Shown here in pieces: positions 12,326 to 25,006 of a stretch of 64,000 nt of DNA. Source of the DNA: Eledone cirrhosa (Eukaryota). The position numbers and the translations under genes are program-made. Position 1 is the stretch's first letter. Each line of letters starts with the position of its first letter. The DNA is taken from NCBI GenBank assembly GCA_964016885.1, contig OZ024740.1, positions 293,012,001-293,076,000 on the forward strand, read 5' to 3'. The notes under the pieces were generated by a model, which searched no databases, was not told the DNA's origin, and saw only the letters and a program-made list of their open reading frames with translations.

Positions 12326-13336
12326 TTAGCTGTATACTTTATGGAATGTTCTGTGGAATTTATGCAAGCAGAGAGAAAACAAGTCCGTGCGTCTATTTAT
12401 TATAGAATCTAAATTAGATATAATGGTAAATTTCTCACATAAACAGAGATTACATGTCTTGGATAGAGAACGATTCAAGTATGAAGAAGCAAAACAAACC
12501 TTCTTTCAAGAGATGTTATAGTTAATATTTTTGTCTTTCAAGGTCCATATGAGTTCTGAGAGTGCCGTGTTGGTTCTTTTAAGTTGGTATTTAAAAGACG
12601 AATGATGATTATAAAGACGAGCTTTAAAGGAGGTGGAAGTGGAGCCAAAATAGGTAAAGGAATTGGTGTCAGTTATAACTTTACATTCGTAGATTAAGTT
12701 TTTTTCAAGACAATGGTTGTTGAGAGGACATTTATTTTTAACAGGGAAATTACAATTGCGATTAGAGAAATTAACAGAGTTATTAACAAGTGACCTAGTG
12801 TTATCTATAGAAGGAATTGGACTGGAAAAATTATTTACGATAGGAATAATAGTTTCTTGATTTAGAATGGGATTAAGAACATTTAACGAAGCTGCGTTTG
12901 ACGTTGTATTTGGGTTTGCAAAAATTAGCCTAGAGTTAACAATGGCGTCGGGAGTACTATTACTATTATTATGATATTCCGTGTTGGAAGGAAGAGATTT
13001 AGTATTTAGTATTTTATTGTTGTGTTTAGAGATAATGTTGGAGATGTTGGAGGAGGTCGAATAGGAACATTTTATAGTCTGTTTGTTAAATATTTTACTA
13101 TAGATATGTGAGGGAGGGAAGCATTTATTTAAGGCACTAAAGAATAATTTAGGAATATTATTATTAATAGAGATGGAGAAAGGAGCATTATACCAGATTA
13201 TGTTTTTGTATCTAGGTCTTTTATTAAAGTTATTGGAATGATCATGATTAATTATTCTACTGTAAGATCTTCTAGAATTTGTTTCTTTACTATATTTGAT
13301 TTTATCAGGATAACCGGCTTTAGAAAGCGCGTTATT
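12326..13336 (-). pseudogene. Penelope-like ORF C-terminus: linker, Cys motif and GIY-YIG endonuclease
   Basis: IIWYNAPFS...KIFNKQTIKCSYS...CNFPVKNKCPLNNHCL..LIYECKV...TYFGSTSTSFKARLYNHHSSF...TALSELIW. One TGA at a Trp position (12506-12508), then TCNLCLCEK...LFSLCLH to a stop at 12326. Confidence 0.9.
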
Positions 13337-13437
13337 ATTTTCCCCAATATCACACATCAATCTAAAACTACTTTTCATATGTTGATTTAAAACTGCACTA
13401 TTCACAAGGGTTTTTTAACCTTCATATCATGTCTCCC

Positions 13438-13508
13438 TATTTTATCTGACGAAAACACAAATGTCATCGCATGATGATATTTGTTTTTGAAATGCGCATA
13501 ATAAAATA
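13438..13508 (+). ncRNA. Type I hammerhead ribozyme in the inverted pLTR
   Basis: tattttat CTGACGA aaacacaaatgtcatc gcat gatgatatttgttttt GAAA TGCGCA TA ataaaata. Confidence 0.85.
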
Positions 13509-13631
13509 CATGGAACTCTTTTAACCATCTTTTGATCTTATATATTATTTGTACTCCAGTCCTACAAACTGTAGAGTGCTACTTATCCGATATCTGCATT
13601 GCTTTATTGTACTACAATAAAACTCACCTCC

Positions 13632-13709
<78 letters not shown>

Positions 13710-13994
13710 CATAACAGATTAAAGTTTAAGCAAAGACGCGCTGCTTTCACCCTTAGCGAGATCTACGATTTTTGTATATTTTTATATACATATTATCCTT
13801 ATCGAGCCTCTTCGGATTTTAGTCTTCACATTTATTATTATTACTATATATATGTGTGTGTGCATGTGTGTGTGTGTATGTGCGTGTTTGCGTGTGTGTG
13901 TGTTAAGTATTTCCGTAGAAAAGATTAAGGAAAAACGAGTGTTCTATGTATAGTACAGAGCTATTTAATTACATAATAAACAACATAATATAAT

Positions 13995-14068
13995 TATTCC
14001 ATTACCAAAGGTTTCAAGAAAATAGACGATCCTTACAGAAACGCCCGGTACGCTCATCAGATGAAATA
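13995..14068 (-). ncRNA. Type I hammerhead motif (GUA site)
   Basis: tatttcat-CTGATGA-(irregular stem II)-GAAA CC TTT GG TA-atggaata. Stems I and III pair fully. Confidence 0.65.
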
Positions 14069-14107
14069 GTTATCTATAGTTAATTGCCGTGTTTCTTTAG
14101 AAATACG

Positions 14108-14262
<155 letters not shown>

Positions 14263-14385
14263 TAGAAATTTCGTATTTCTAAAGAAACACGGCATGTTTA
14301 CAGGTAAACATTTAGGAAGCCGTAGCTATGCAAAAAAACATCGGGCTAACGCCCTCTGGTGATGTCCAGCAGAAGCAAGGGTGAC

Positions 14386-14430
14386 AATCGTCGATGCATT
14401 TCGGATTAACTGGTCCTCATGAGGACGATC
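14386..14430 (-). ncRNA. Minimal hammerhead motif with G5C lesion
   Basis: gatcgtc-CTCATGA-GGA ccagttaa TCC-GAAA TGCA TC-gacgatt. 7-bp stem I and palindromic stem III. Confidence 0.6.
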
Positions 14431-14768
14431 CCTTCCACACATGCGACTGCTGCACTTGAAAGCAGTCAAGAATATATAGTTTTCTCGTCTGTGTAAATGA
14501 GGTGATTAATCTCATTTGCATATGAAGCTGCATAAGTTGGCTCAACTTAGAATAGAATTAGGATTTAGCTTCAGGAATAGGTGTATACTGATACACACAT
14601 ATATATATATGAATTTTATTATGGCTTAAGAGTGACCTTGTTACGCAGGTGTTTCATATGTTTATCATAGCTGTTTAATGTCTAATGACCCTGTGATAAA
14701 CAAGCGAAACTCCAGTTTAACAAGACCCACAATATAGCCTTAATAAAATTAATATTTAAACTTTATTT

Positions 14769-14849
<81 letters not shown>

Positions 14850-14903
14850 CTCTCTTTCTCTCTCTCTATCACTCTCTCTCTCTCTCTTTCTCTTTCTCCA
14901 TCA

Positions 14904-15037
<134 letters not shown>

Positions 15038-15147
15038 CAAAGAAGATGTGGTAAGATACCAGGTGGACCATAAGGCATGAGATTACTCGATAGATCCGGA
15101 TCTAGCTGTCGAAACGGCCGGAGCTCAACCGTCAGTGTCCTGAATCT

Positions 15148-15183
<36 letters not shown>

Positions 15184-15429
15184 AGAAAGTGAGGTTTTCT
15201 TTACAAAATGAAAAATAACCGAGGTGTCCTACACGAGTGAAAGTATAAAGAAAAAAAGATGAAATCGAAAATGCAACTGGAGTCTTATTTTAAAAAAAAT
15301 ATATATATTTATTTGGTTCCTTTACCGGTTTCGCAGTTCTTCTGCTTTTTAAAAGTAGAGTTGAGATGGAGGGTCTGTGGTTTTTCTATTTTTTTTAAAA
15401 TAAGACTCCAGTTGCATTTTCGATTTCAT

Positions 15430-15536
<107 letters not shown>

Positions 15537-16254
15537 CAGAGACAGACAGAGTGCGAATGAGAGGGGGTAGAAACCCATATACAAATTCGGCCAGATACAA
15601 ATTTGTATATTTTTAATTCCTTATGCATCCATTTAGGTGGGAGATGATCTGAGAGAAATGACAAACACAACAAATATATCTAGTTCTTATGTATCCAGGC
15701 AAAGATAGCAATTATTGTAATTTTTAACTAGGAGCTGCTTCATTTATGGAATGTGACAGCATCTAGTCTGCCGAGAGAGTGTATTGAAGATATTTCAACA
15801 ATACGTCATTATTAGATTTATTGAATCCAACCGGAAATCGTTATTGAAGAAGCCTCACTGACACTGTTATTCGATGTATCATGTGCATCGGCTTCCACAC
15901 GGAAAGACATATACAAGAAATTTTAATATTAATATAAAAAAGGATATCTGAACATAAACAGCCATTTGCAAACGAAATTGTGTATAGAAATGTTTTGAAA
16001 ATATGATCGCCTAATATAGTTGGTCAATATAACAACTACAGTCATTAACGTTAAACAAACCTCTGGCAGCTTGAAATTATTCCCGGTAAGAGTCGACCAT
16101 AGAATATGAATATTTGACCAAGGAGAGTTGGTAGTTTCTATGTTAAATAATTATTAATGCAGTAAAAGACCATCACAAAATTAATGTCCGGCGCCTATCT
16201 CAAAATTAATGTCCATATTACACAGAGTTTCACAACTAAAATTTCAATATTGTC

Positions 16255-16323
16255 CACATTATTGTAATATGATCGACATTATGGTAATATAATCGACATT
16301 ATGGTAATATGATCGACATTATG
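16255..16323 (+). repeat. 20-bp minisatellite, ~3.5 copies
   Basis: Unit atcgacattatggtaatat(g/a) in direct tandem. Confidence 0.9.
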
Positions 16324-17378
16324 ACTATATAAAGCTATGTACTTGAAACCAAGACGAGAGTTCCCAAGCAACAGTTTTAATCCGGGTGATTAAATTATTG
16401 AAACTCCCCCTTTTTATTTATTTATTTTTTATTTGCTTTCACAATGTTTCTATATTAATTTGAGAGTTGCTACTTTCAAAGAAATCTATAATTTTAACCT
16501 GCCATATGAGTGCTCTCATATTACTTAATAACCCTTTTCGAGACAGCAAGAAATCTTTTAAATGGTCGTTCTATTTGCTAGAAGTAGCAGCCAAATTCTA
16601 TCAAATTGCACATCACAAATTTAACGAAATGAAGAGCACATTGCGCAACTGAAATTGTAGCAGAAAGCCACATATTTACATGAAGAGTATATATTATATT
16701 AAACTTTCCTTGGTATGTGACTGGTACTCATTTCTCGATTAAACAAGGCCAATAGAACATAATAGAAGGTATCTTACAGTGGTGACAAGTTTGATTTAGT
16801 GGACCTGAACAATTTCTCCAAGAACGAGAAGCTTAACATTTTTCATTAGAACGTAAATTCGTATTAGTGCTGACTTTCTGTAGAACATTAGTGATGCAAG
16901 TGAAATGAAATGATTCTAATTGATTTAGACGACCGAGAAATTTCCTCTACTTTATACAAACAATTCAATTACTATATAATGTAGATGTTTAAATAGTGAA
17001 ATTGAAGAGAATAACCGAAACAATTATATTTGACAAACTATATGTGACATTTAACGATGTAAAATGTATTATGTTGCTTAGTTTTAAGGAAGGCAACTCA
17101 TCTCGAATGCCTCTACCAAATCGTTGAATTTGCTAGAAAAACAACAACAACCAAATCCTCTTCTAATGATACTCAATGATCTTGAAAACACATTTTATAA
17201 TGCAATTCCTCTTTACGCAATTTCCTATGGCTTTTCACTCAGGGTTAACCTAAAGTAGAAACAATTATATTATATTATATTTCGATAAAATAAAGTACCA
17301 GTAATTGCAGGCCTTGTGCCAAACGTAGAAACAATTATAATATATTATATTATATTATATTATAATATTATTATAGAC

Positions 17379-17567
17379 AGCGGTGGATTGGCAGTATCAG
17401 TAGAGAGTCGGACGCCATGCTTTGCAGCAAAGAGTTACGGCCCTTTATGGTCTGAGTTCAAATCCCGCCAAGGTTAACTTTGCCTTTCATCCTTACGGGG
17501 TCGATAAAATAAAGTACCAGTAATGTACTGGGTAATTGCTGGCCTTGTGCCAAAAGTAGAAACAATT
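17379..17567 (+). mobile_element. tRNA-derived SINE (young family, Nin/Deu-like core)
   Basis: A-box-like TGGCAGTATC, B-box GAGTTCAAATCC, core aactttgcctttcatccttacggggtcgataaaataaagtaccag. At least 9 similar copies in the window. Confidence 0.9.
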
Positions 17568-18624
17568 ATATTATATTATAGTTTCGATCTGGAGGAAGGG
17601 ACTACACCTATAACACTCTCACACATTCCGTTAGAGACTGGAGAGATGTGTAGCTTGAACAGCTACAAGTTGGTGTCTGTTAGGAAAATGTGGGGAAGAA
17701 GGGAATTCCCGATTGCTGATGTGTTGGGGAAGAGGGATGTAAATAGAGGGGAATGCGGGCTCTATGAAGAAGGACGCAGAATGTCGGCGGGAGAATATAC
17801 AAAAGGGCTTTAGTGGAGGCAGTAAGCTGTAGGCTATTGCCAAAGAGTAGGTGACAATGTAATATCAATTGAAAAGATTGAGTAACAATAAAACAGACTT
17901 GTGGAGTACAGGATTGTTTTCTTTAGGATGCCGTTTTGAACATCTGTGAACATCAGTAGTACCGTCATAGATGAGACGACTGTATTCTACGGCGTCAATA
18001 AAGATAATATTTTCAAATGAAAATCAAAATCATATCACATAAAATTATGCTTGCTAAGCATTTACCGTATGTTATTTGAAGCTCACATTGGATATTATAA
18101 ATTAATTAATCAGACGTGCTATTATTGTATTTGTAAACTACAGTTTATAATATGTATTATGATATTCAAAAACAATATCATTTATTTCCAGGATACTGTA
18201 CAAATGGTGTTCTCTATCGTTGACTTAATTGATTTTCTATGTAGAGATTCATTAATGATGCAAATACAAAGGAATATTTTAATGTCTTGATAGATAACAG
18301 CCTAAACATCTATCCTTTGATCTATTTTACTATGTATACATACACACAAACATACATATATATTTACATACATATATATTTAAATATATACATACGTAAA
18401 ATACATACAATATATACATACATTATATTCATACATGCGTACATTCATACATACTTGCATGCATTCCTACAATACGTACATGCATACATGCATATATATA
18501 TATATATAATTCTCTATTTTCCTTTTAGCTTATGTATATATGTATGTATGCATGTAGGCATATATGTTTGTATGTAGTATATATGCATATATACTACACA
18601 CAAACATACATGCCTACATGCATA

Positions 18625-18877
18625 CATGGCGGCTGCCAACTCGTTTTCGAGTACGGCCACTACTTTATATCCATGTAGGAGAACCCTTACCGATGCGCTG
18701 AACGAGTGTGACTTTTTAGTCCAGCCAGCGACTTGAAAACTCTGGTACAAACACTACACTTGTGACAATTATTGATACATAGTGCTGGGCCCATGGTACC
18801 ATGTGACGACAAGTGCAGAGAGATCTCCAGATATAATGCAATGCATGTGCACAAAGCCAGTCGCACTCTCTTAACCA
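18625..18877 (-). mobile_element. RTE-clade 3' end with terminal C2H2 finger and (ATGT)n tail
   Basis: CSVCTRVFKSLAGLKSHTRSAHR*; near-identical to 61760-62041. Confidence 0.8.
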
Positions 18878-19316
18878 AGATACATACATACATATATACA
18901 TATATACATACATACATATAAACATGTTACTAACTACCTCAGTGCAAATTTAGAACCTGGGTTTCATGGATCAGACAGAGCACAGCTAGTTATAAAGTTA
19001 CAAGTACAATACATTAATAGAACTGTACAAATATGTAAAACATTCCAAAAATTCTGCTTGTAATAACTGCATATACACATGTATAGATACAAAACATGTG
19101 CATAGAACAGTAAGCATACAGATCCGCACATACAATAACATTCCTATCTACACACACACACACACTCACAGCCACCCCCACACACCACACACACACGTGC
19201 GCGCGCACAGCCACCCCCACACACGCGCACATACATACATCCATATAAACAAGCACTCATGTAAACATGCAGACATTTTTACCTAATGAAAGAGGAGTCG
19301 TGTCTATGTCGTCTAT

Positions 19317-19491
19317 ATTGGCAGTATCGGTAGAGGGTCAGGCATGCTTTCCCGCGTAGTTACGTCCCTTTACGATCTGAGTTCAAATCCCGCTGAGGTT
19401 AACTTTGCTTTCATCCTTACGGGGTCGATCAAATAAAGTACCAGTAATGTACTGGTTAATTGCTGGCCTTGTGCCAAAAGTAGAAACAATT
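19317..19491 (+). mobile_element. tRNA-derived SINE
   Basis: Same family as 17379-17567. Confidence 0.9.
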
Positions 19492-19506
19492 AGATGTTTA
19501 CAAAAT

Positions 19507-19695
19507 AATTGTTTCTACTTTTTGGCACAAGGCCAGCAATTACCCAGTGCATTACTGGTACTTTATTTTATCGACCCCGTAAGGATGAAAGGCAAAGTTA
19601 ACCTCGGCAGGATTCGAACTCAGAATGGCAAGGGCCGTAACTCTATGCGTCAAAGCATGGCGTCAGACCCTCTACCGATACTGCCAATCCACCGC
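19507..19695 (-). mobile_element. tRNA-derived SINE with 15-bp TSD
   Basis: Same family, inverted. TSD tgtttacaaaataat at 19495-19509 and 19698-19712. Confidence 0.92.
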
Positions 19696-19874
19696 ACTGT
19701 TTACAAAATAATGAAACCAGAAAAACACATACATACATACATACATACATACATAAATACAGACATACATACATGCAATCACACACACCGACACACACAC
19801 AAACACATACACACACATATACACACAAACATATATATACATACATACATAAATACAGACATGCATACATGCAA

Positions 19875-19909
<35 letters not shown>

Positions 19910-19988
19910 CATATGTACATGCATACATACATGCAAACACATACATAAATCCATATATATACATACATATATACATACACACATACAT

Positions 19989-20567
19989 ATGCAGGCATAA
20001 CAGAGCAGATATAATGATATGGGACATGGAAAAGAAAGCATGCACAGTAGTGGAAGTTAGCTGTCCAGCAGATGCTAATATAATATCAAAGATTAGCGAA
20101 AAGGAGAATATTTATGCAGAACTGATGAGAAATCTGCAGATACTCCATCCTGATTATACCTTCAGATTTATACCTGTGATTATTGGAGCACTGGGATATG
20201 TTAGTAACTGCCTCAATACACATCTTGAGAAGCTATGCTTCACAGGAACAGAAAGAACACAACTAGTTAGGAAATTACAAGTACAATCCATTAATGGAAC
20301 AGTAAAAATATGTAAAACATTCCAAAAATTTTGCATCTAATAACTGCATATACACATGTACAGATACAAAGCATATACACATGCACACATACAACTCAAG
20401 ACATCCACATCCACACATACAATAACATCCATATCTACACATGCATGCCTGCAGACATATCTACCTAGTTGATGCTGTGTAAATTCCAATGAGAGAGTCT
20501 TGTGTCTATGTTAGAAACTGACTCACTCTCTATTGGGAAAACCTTGTGAAATTATAAAACCAGAAGA
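19989..20567 (+). mobile_element. 5'-truncated R4/Dong-like LINE with restriction-like endonuclease domain
   Basis: RHNRADIMIWDMEKKACTVVEVSCP...KISEKENIY...FIPVIIGALG...GTVKICKTF matches the NRPD...(D/E)V..P...EK..KY...PVIIGALG pattern. The 3' UTR ends aaaaccagaagaa followed by (CATA)n. Confidence 0.85.
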
Positions 20568-23519
20568 ACATACATACATGCATAACACCCATATCTACAC
20601 GTGCAAACATGCATACATAATCTACTTAGTTGATGTTCTGTAAATTCCAATGAAAGAGTATTGTGTCTATGCTAGAAACCGACTCTCTCTCTATTGGTAA
20701 AAATTTGTGAAATTATAAAACCTGAAGAACATATATACATATATGCAAATACATATATACATACAAAGACACGCACATAAGCGTATTAAAATAAAAAAGA
20801 AAATAATGTAGAAACCGATACAGTGGGAATATTAATCATTTCTACATACTTGAAAGCATATTTTATGCTTTTAATATGTTAATGTCTAAAAGATTGTTTT
20901 GATACAAATTAGAAATAATTGATGATAAAACGAAAAAATATTTTGAAGTATTTTGTTGACATTTTAGATACAATTTATCCGAGTCTATTTTGTTCTGGTT
21001 GCGTATGCCACCTTTCCATTCTCAGATTTGTAGAGATATTTCAGTTTTATGTCGAGTGACATTCTATGATACTGTATTAGTTGGTAACTCGCCTCCCAGA
21101 ACTATATACACGGTGCCAATGTTAGGCTCCTGCGGTTCATTGAGTATCATAAACATATTATCTCGTCTTACATATGATAGTCATTCCATACTATATTCAC
21201 CTGTAGTCATTTAGGTGTTTGTTGGTTCAGTTTACATGAACATTACAGAAAACTGTTGACGTTTAAAAGCAGCTATCTGCACTTCAGTACCTTGGCTTCC
21301 TACGATTCACACTGTAAACGGTGAAAGCTCTGTATATTTAACGAACATTCTTTTATAATATACCGGCGATTGAACATTTTACAGGTTTCTTACTTCTTAG
21401 ATAATTACTTTGGAGTTAAGTTACATAAGTCATTTTTCAACTCCATTGCGTGCGATTAACTTTGATGAGATTACTCATCAAAATGGTTCCGTTACTCCTT
21501 TCCTTTATTGTGATGTCATATGATAGTATAAAACCTGTTGTATCCTCTTAAGTACACCTTTACATCAAGGTTAGTTCCCCAGTGCGTTCCGATACAAACT
21601 CTCCCTTTCTCTCTTTCTCTCTTTCTTCATTTGTCAATGAACTATATTTGTTTTTCTCAAAAACTCTTTGCGAGGGATATTTTTTGTGTTTATCAATATG
21701 AATAATATTTCTAGCAGGTCAAGTAATTACATACCAGGCTCCCTTGCTGGCTTCAGTGATGTTTTTGCTATTTCCGTTATTATTATTCAGATATAATAAT
21801 TGGGTATGAGAGTTAACCTGTCACCCAGTTCAATCACATCGGCCTGACCTTTGGATGTCTTTAGCAGTGTTCATTCTGTTGCACAGATTTGTGTCAGGTT
21901 TCTGGTTTTAAGGTAAATTCTTCCGACCCTTCGGTTTTTGGAGTCCTAGATTAAAGGTCATAGGCACCGATTTCCTGCTTATTGAGGGTGTATTATTAGA
22001 TTCGAACACACATTGTAACAAGAATGGATATAATGATACTACAAGAAGAGAATTAATATAAAGAAAATTTACTATGTTTGGTTGGCATGCAGCGCTCATC
22101 CACCACAACGAAAATATAATACATCTTGTGGCAATCTAACTATTAAAAATATTAAAAATCTCAGCTGACATATATTTATTATGTTTACTACCGGGCATTC
22201 GATAAAAATGTATCGATAAAATACATAAACAAATGAGAAGGGTGTGAGGGGGGAATTCCTGTCTCCATGACAATCAAAAAGCAGTATTTTGATAAAGTGC
22301 CTGTTGTTACTTATCTTCAAATACGATAAAAAAAGATGGGGGAAAAGGAAAAAAAAGTGGGAAAACAATCTGTTAATTGCTTTCAACAACATTGGAATTA
22401 CAGTTGAAGTGTAAGTGAGGCTCACTGAATCTTTTGAAAAAAGAAATATGAATATGAAAATGATGAATATAAAAAAGAATTACATTAGCATATTAGTACT
22501 TGGAAGGTTATTGAGCGTCTATTACATTATTTCTCGTTCATGGATAAATAGCTGAATAATTTCAATAAGACTACGAAATAAGCTCGTTCGGATTATTCTT
22601 ATCATCATGCAGATTATCATTTAACAAATACCGAATTGAATGAAATATTGATTGTTGTTCTTCATCTCTATTCAAACTTCAGCAAAAATAATCCTTCCGC
22701 CGTGATAGCAGGCATCATAAATATCTACTGAATGATACAGAATGTATGGATAATAATCGTCACTACGAAATATCATTCAACAGATTTAGAGTGGAGGAGA
22801 GTTGACTACATCACAAATCTAAAGTCCTAAATTACATCTCCAAGATAGCACACAGAAAAAGTTCTACATTTCTGACCCTGACTTCTTAATCAGTCAATAC
22901 CATTAACTGTTAATGTAGTGTTGTCGCAACTACCATTAACTGGCTCCGTTATTATGTCAATAACTATTGACTGCAATAAAAACAACCATTTTTCCACCAT
23001 TACCACCGTCGACATCAATAGCAAAACCAACGATGGCGATTCTATGTTGTCACTAGATTTACTAGCATAAATTTCTTTAAAATGGAATAACTTCTCGTAA
23101 TGGGACAATATAACCCCAGACATATGAAATGGTGGGCGTTCCAAGGCTGAAAGCGTTTGAACATATATATGCTCGTTTAGACACCAGAGCAATTCACGAG
23201 AAAACCAAAACAAAACGAATGCTGAACCCTCTGTATGGTTGCTCGACCAACAAGAAATAGAAGTCAAACCTCTCACGAATCATATTCTACTTTCTTCATG
23301 AGTTTGAATAGGATTGTATGATGCAGGGGAAAGCATGATTCAATACAGAAGATTTCATATAGTTACACTCCAGTGGCTCCAATATGCTAGTGACTTTCCA
23401 ACAACAAACACTTGACCGTCTTTCAACATTTTCCACAGTAAAGATGAGGAAACTATAGACAGAACCACTGAATGGATTCGTTGTTGATAATAAATCACAT
23501 TATAATACAAACATCACAA

Positions 23520-23850
23520 CAGGAACAACAGCAACGCATCTACCACAGCCACCACAACCACCACCACATCGACCAGCACCAGCACCAGCACCAGCACCAG
23601 CACCAGCAACACCACCACCACCACAACCACCACCACCACCACCACCAACACAACCACAATCGCCGCCACCGCCACCACCACAACCATCACCATCACCACC
23701 ACCAACACCACCACCACCACCACCACCATCACAACCATCACCACCACATCCACCGCCACCACCACCAACATGAACAGCACACTTACATCAACGCAACCAA
23801 CAATAACAGTAGCAACAGCAATAACAGCAACAACTACAACATCAACGAAA
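23520..23850 (+). repeat. Compound (CAC/CAG/CAA)n trinucleotide repeat
   Basis: Degenerate CAN triplet run. Confidence 0.95.
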
Positions 23851-24046
23851 CCACATGTGTGTTTAGATCCATTCATGAAATGTTAATAGTTCTAGACACA
23901 CATGATGTCTGTGTGTTAAGGTCCATTTTGATCTCATGTTTTCTTCACACCACGAAGAAAATGACGGGTCAAAAGGTTGAAGCTACTAATTGTAAATTCC
24001 CAAATATCCGTTTACTACTTCTCACAGTTGATGGTTTACGTTATAA

Positions 24047-24074
24047 CTAGCAGAATGGCCCGGCGTTGCTCGGG
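24047..24074 (-). mobile_element. Helitron 3' terminus
   Basis: Minus strand CCCGAGC aac GCCGGG hairpin, 8 nt, then CTAG|T. A possible A|TC 5' end lies at 26206 (speculative). Confidence 0.6.
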
Positions 24075-24212
24075 ATTTGCTCTAGGGTTCTTATATATTT
24101 GATATATATTTATCCTTATCGAGCCCCGTGAAATAAATACGTTTGTTTATATTTTGTTATTGTGTATGCAAACATATCTGTACACGAATATATAATTATA
24201 TATATATATATA

Positions 24213-24428
24213 TTTAGAATTGTTGCTCTGAAATAGCTATATATATATATATGAATGTATATATAGTGTATTTTGCAATACACTGTATGCTTAATAAAAA
24301 GCATTTTGAAGACCTTATGCTATTGTTTTAGAGTAGTGAGTCTGTCACTACTCTAAAATAATAGCATAAGGTCTTCAAAATGCTTTTTATTAAGCATACA
24401 GTGTATTGCAAAATACGCTATATATACA

Positions 24429-24440
<12 letters not shown>
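24213..24440. mobile_element. Fold-back fragment of the 62401-63243 family
   Basis: About 95-bp arms around gtagtga-gtctg-tcactac (centre ~24343), with TA-rich flanks. Confidence 0.8.
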
Positions 24441-24472
<32 letters not shown>

Positions 24473-24478
24473 AAAATA

Positions 24479-24554
24479 ACAGATTAAAGTTTAAGCAAAG
24501 AATCGGTGCTTTCACCCTTAACGGGATCTTCTGAAACTAAAAAAATCAATCTGT
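24479..24554 (-). ncRNA. Type I hammerhead variant with CAGAAGA (U4A) core and CUU site
   Basis: ACAGATTGA tttttt tAGTTT-CAGAAGA-tCCC gttaa GGGt-GAA AGCA ccgattctt TGCT T-AAACT TTAATCTGT. All three stems plus a distal stem I extension pair. Confidence 0.7.
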
Positions 24555-24741
24555 GAACGCAGAAGTAAATATTTCGAAAAACGTTACACACTATATATAT
24601 ATACACACAGTAATCGTTGGCCTTGTTTGTTTATATTTTGTTTTTGTGTATGCAAAAATAAACAAAATGTACTCTTAAATTTCATTCTTACTATGTGATG
24701 CCTGCCACACACACACATACACAAACATACATACACACATA

Positions 24742-24786
<45 letters not shown>

Positions 24787-24919
24787 ATATATATATATAT
24801 ATGTCTGTATATATATATTTGTACATATACATATGTATATATATATATATGTCTATATATATATGTGTGTGTATAATAATACAAAAACGATTTGTCAAGC
24901 CTTCATTACGTTTATTGAT

Positions 24920-25006
24920 AGGTGACGCGCGTTTCGCGATTGATCAGCTCAAGGTTCGATCTGTATAGATCTGGTCCGACTCTGGAATCAAAAGTTCATC
25001 GAACCT
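24920..25006 (-). ncRNA. Hammerhead motif with long stem II
   Basis: aggt-TCGATGA-~60 nt-GAAAC GCGC GTC-acct, enclosed by inverted arms 24872-24918 / 25020-25068. Confidence 0.55.

Noticed and set aside
13337-13405. Start of the 299-aa ORF as a real initiation site
   Set aside because: These codons come from the inverted pLTR fused to a 5'-truncated ORF.
16255-16323. Short regular repeats resembling a CRISPR array
   Set aside because: Contiguous tandem units with no spacers, eukaryotic context, no cas genes.
17379-17470. A-box/B-box sequence as a tRNA gene
   Set aside because: No cloverleaf; it is the head of a multi-copy SINE.
19405-20340. 311-aa ORF, the longest in the track
   Set aside because: Chance read-through of two SINEs and a (CATA)n tract into a LINE endonuclease remnant; only the last ~115 aa are genuine coding-derived sequence.
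23472-24050. His/Gln-rich 192-aa ORF and its Val-rich antisense
   Set aside because: Translation of a CAN triplet microsatellite; no splice or homology support.
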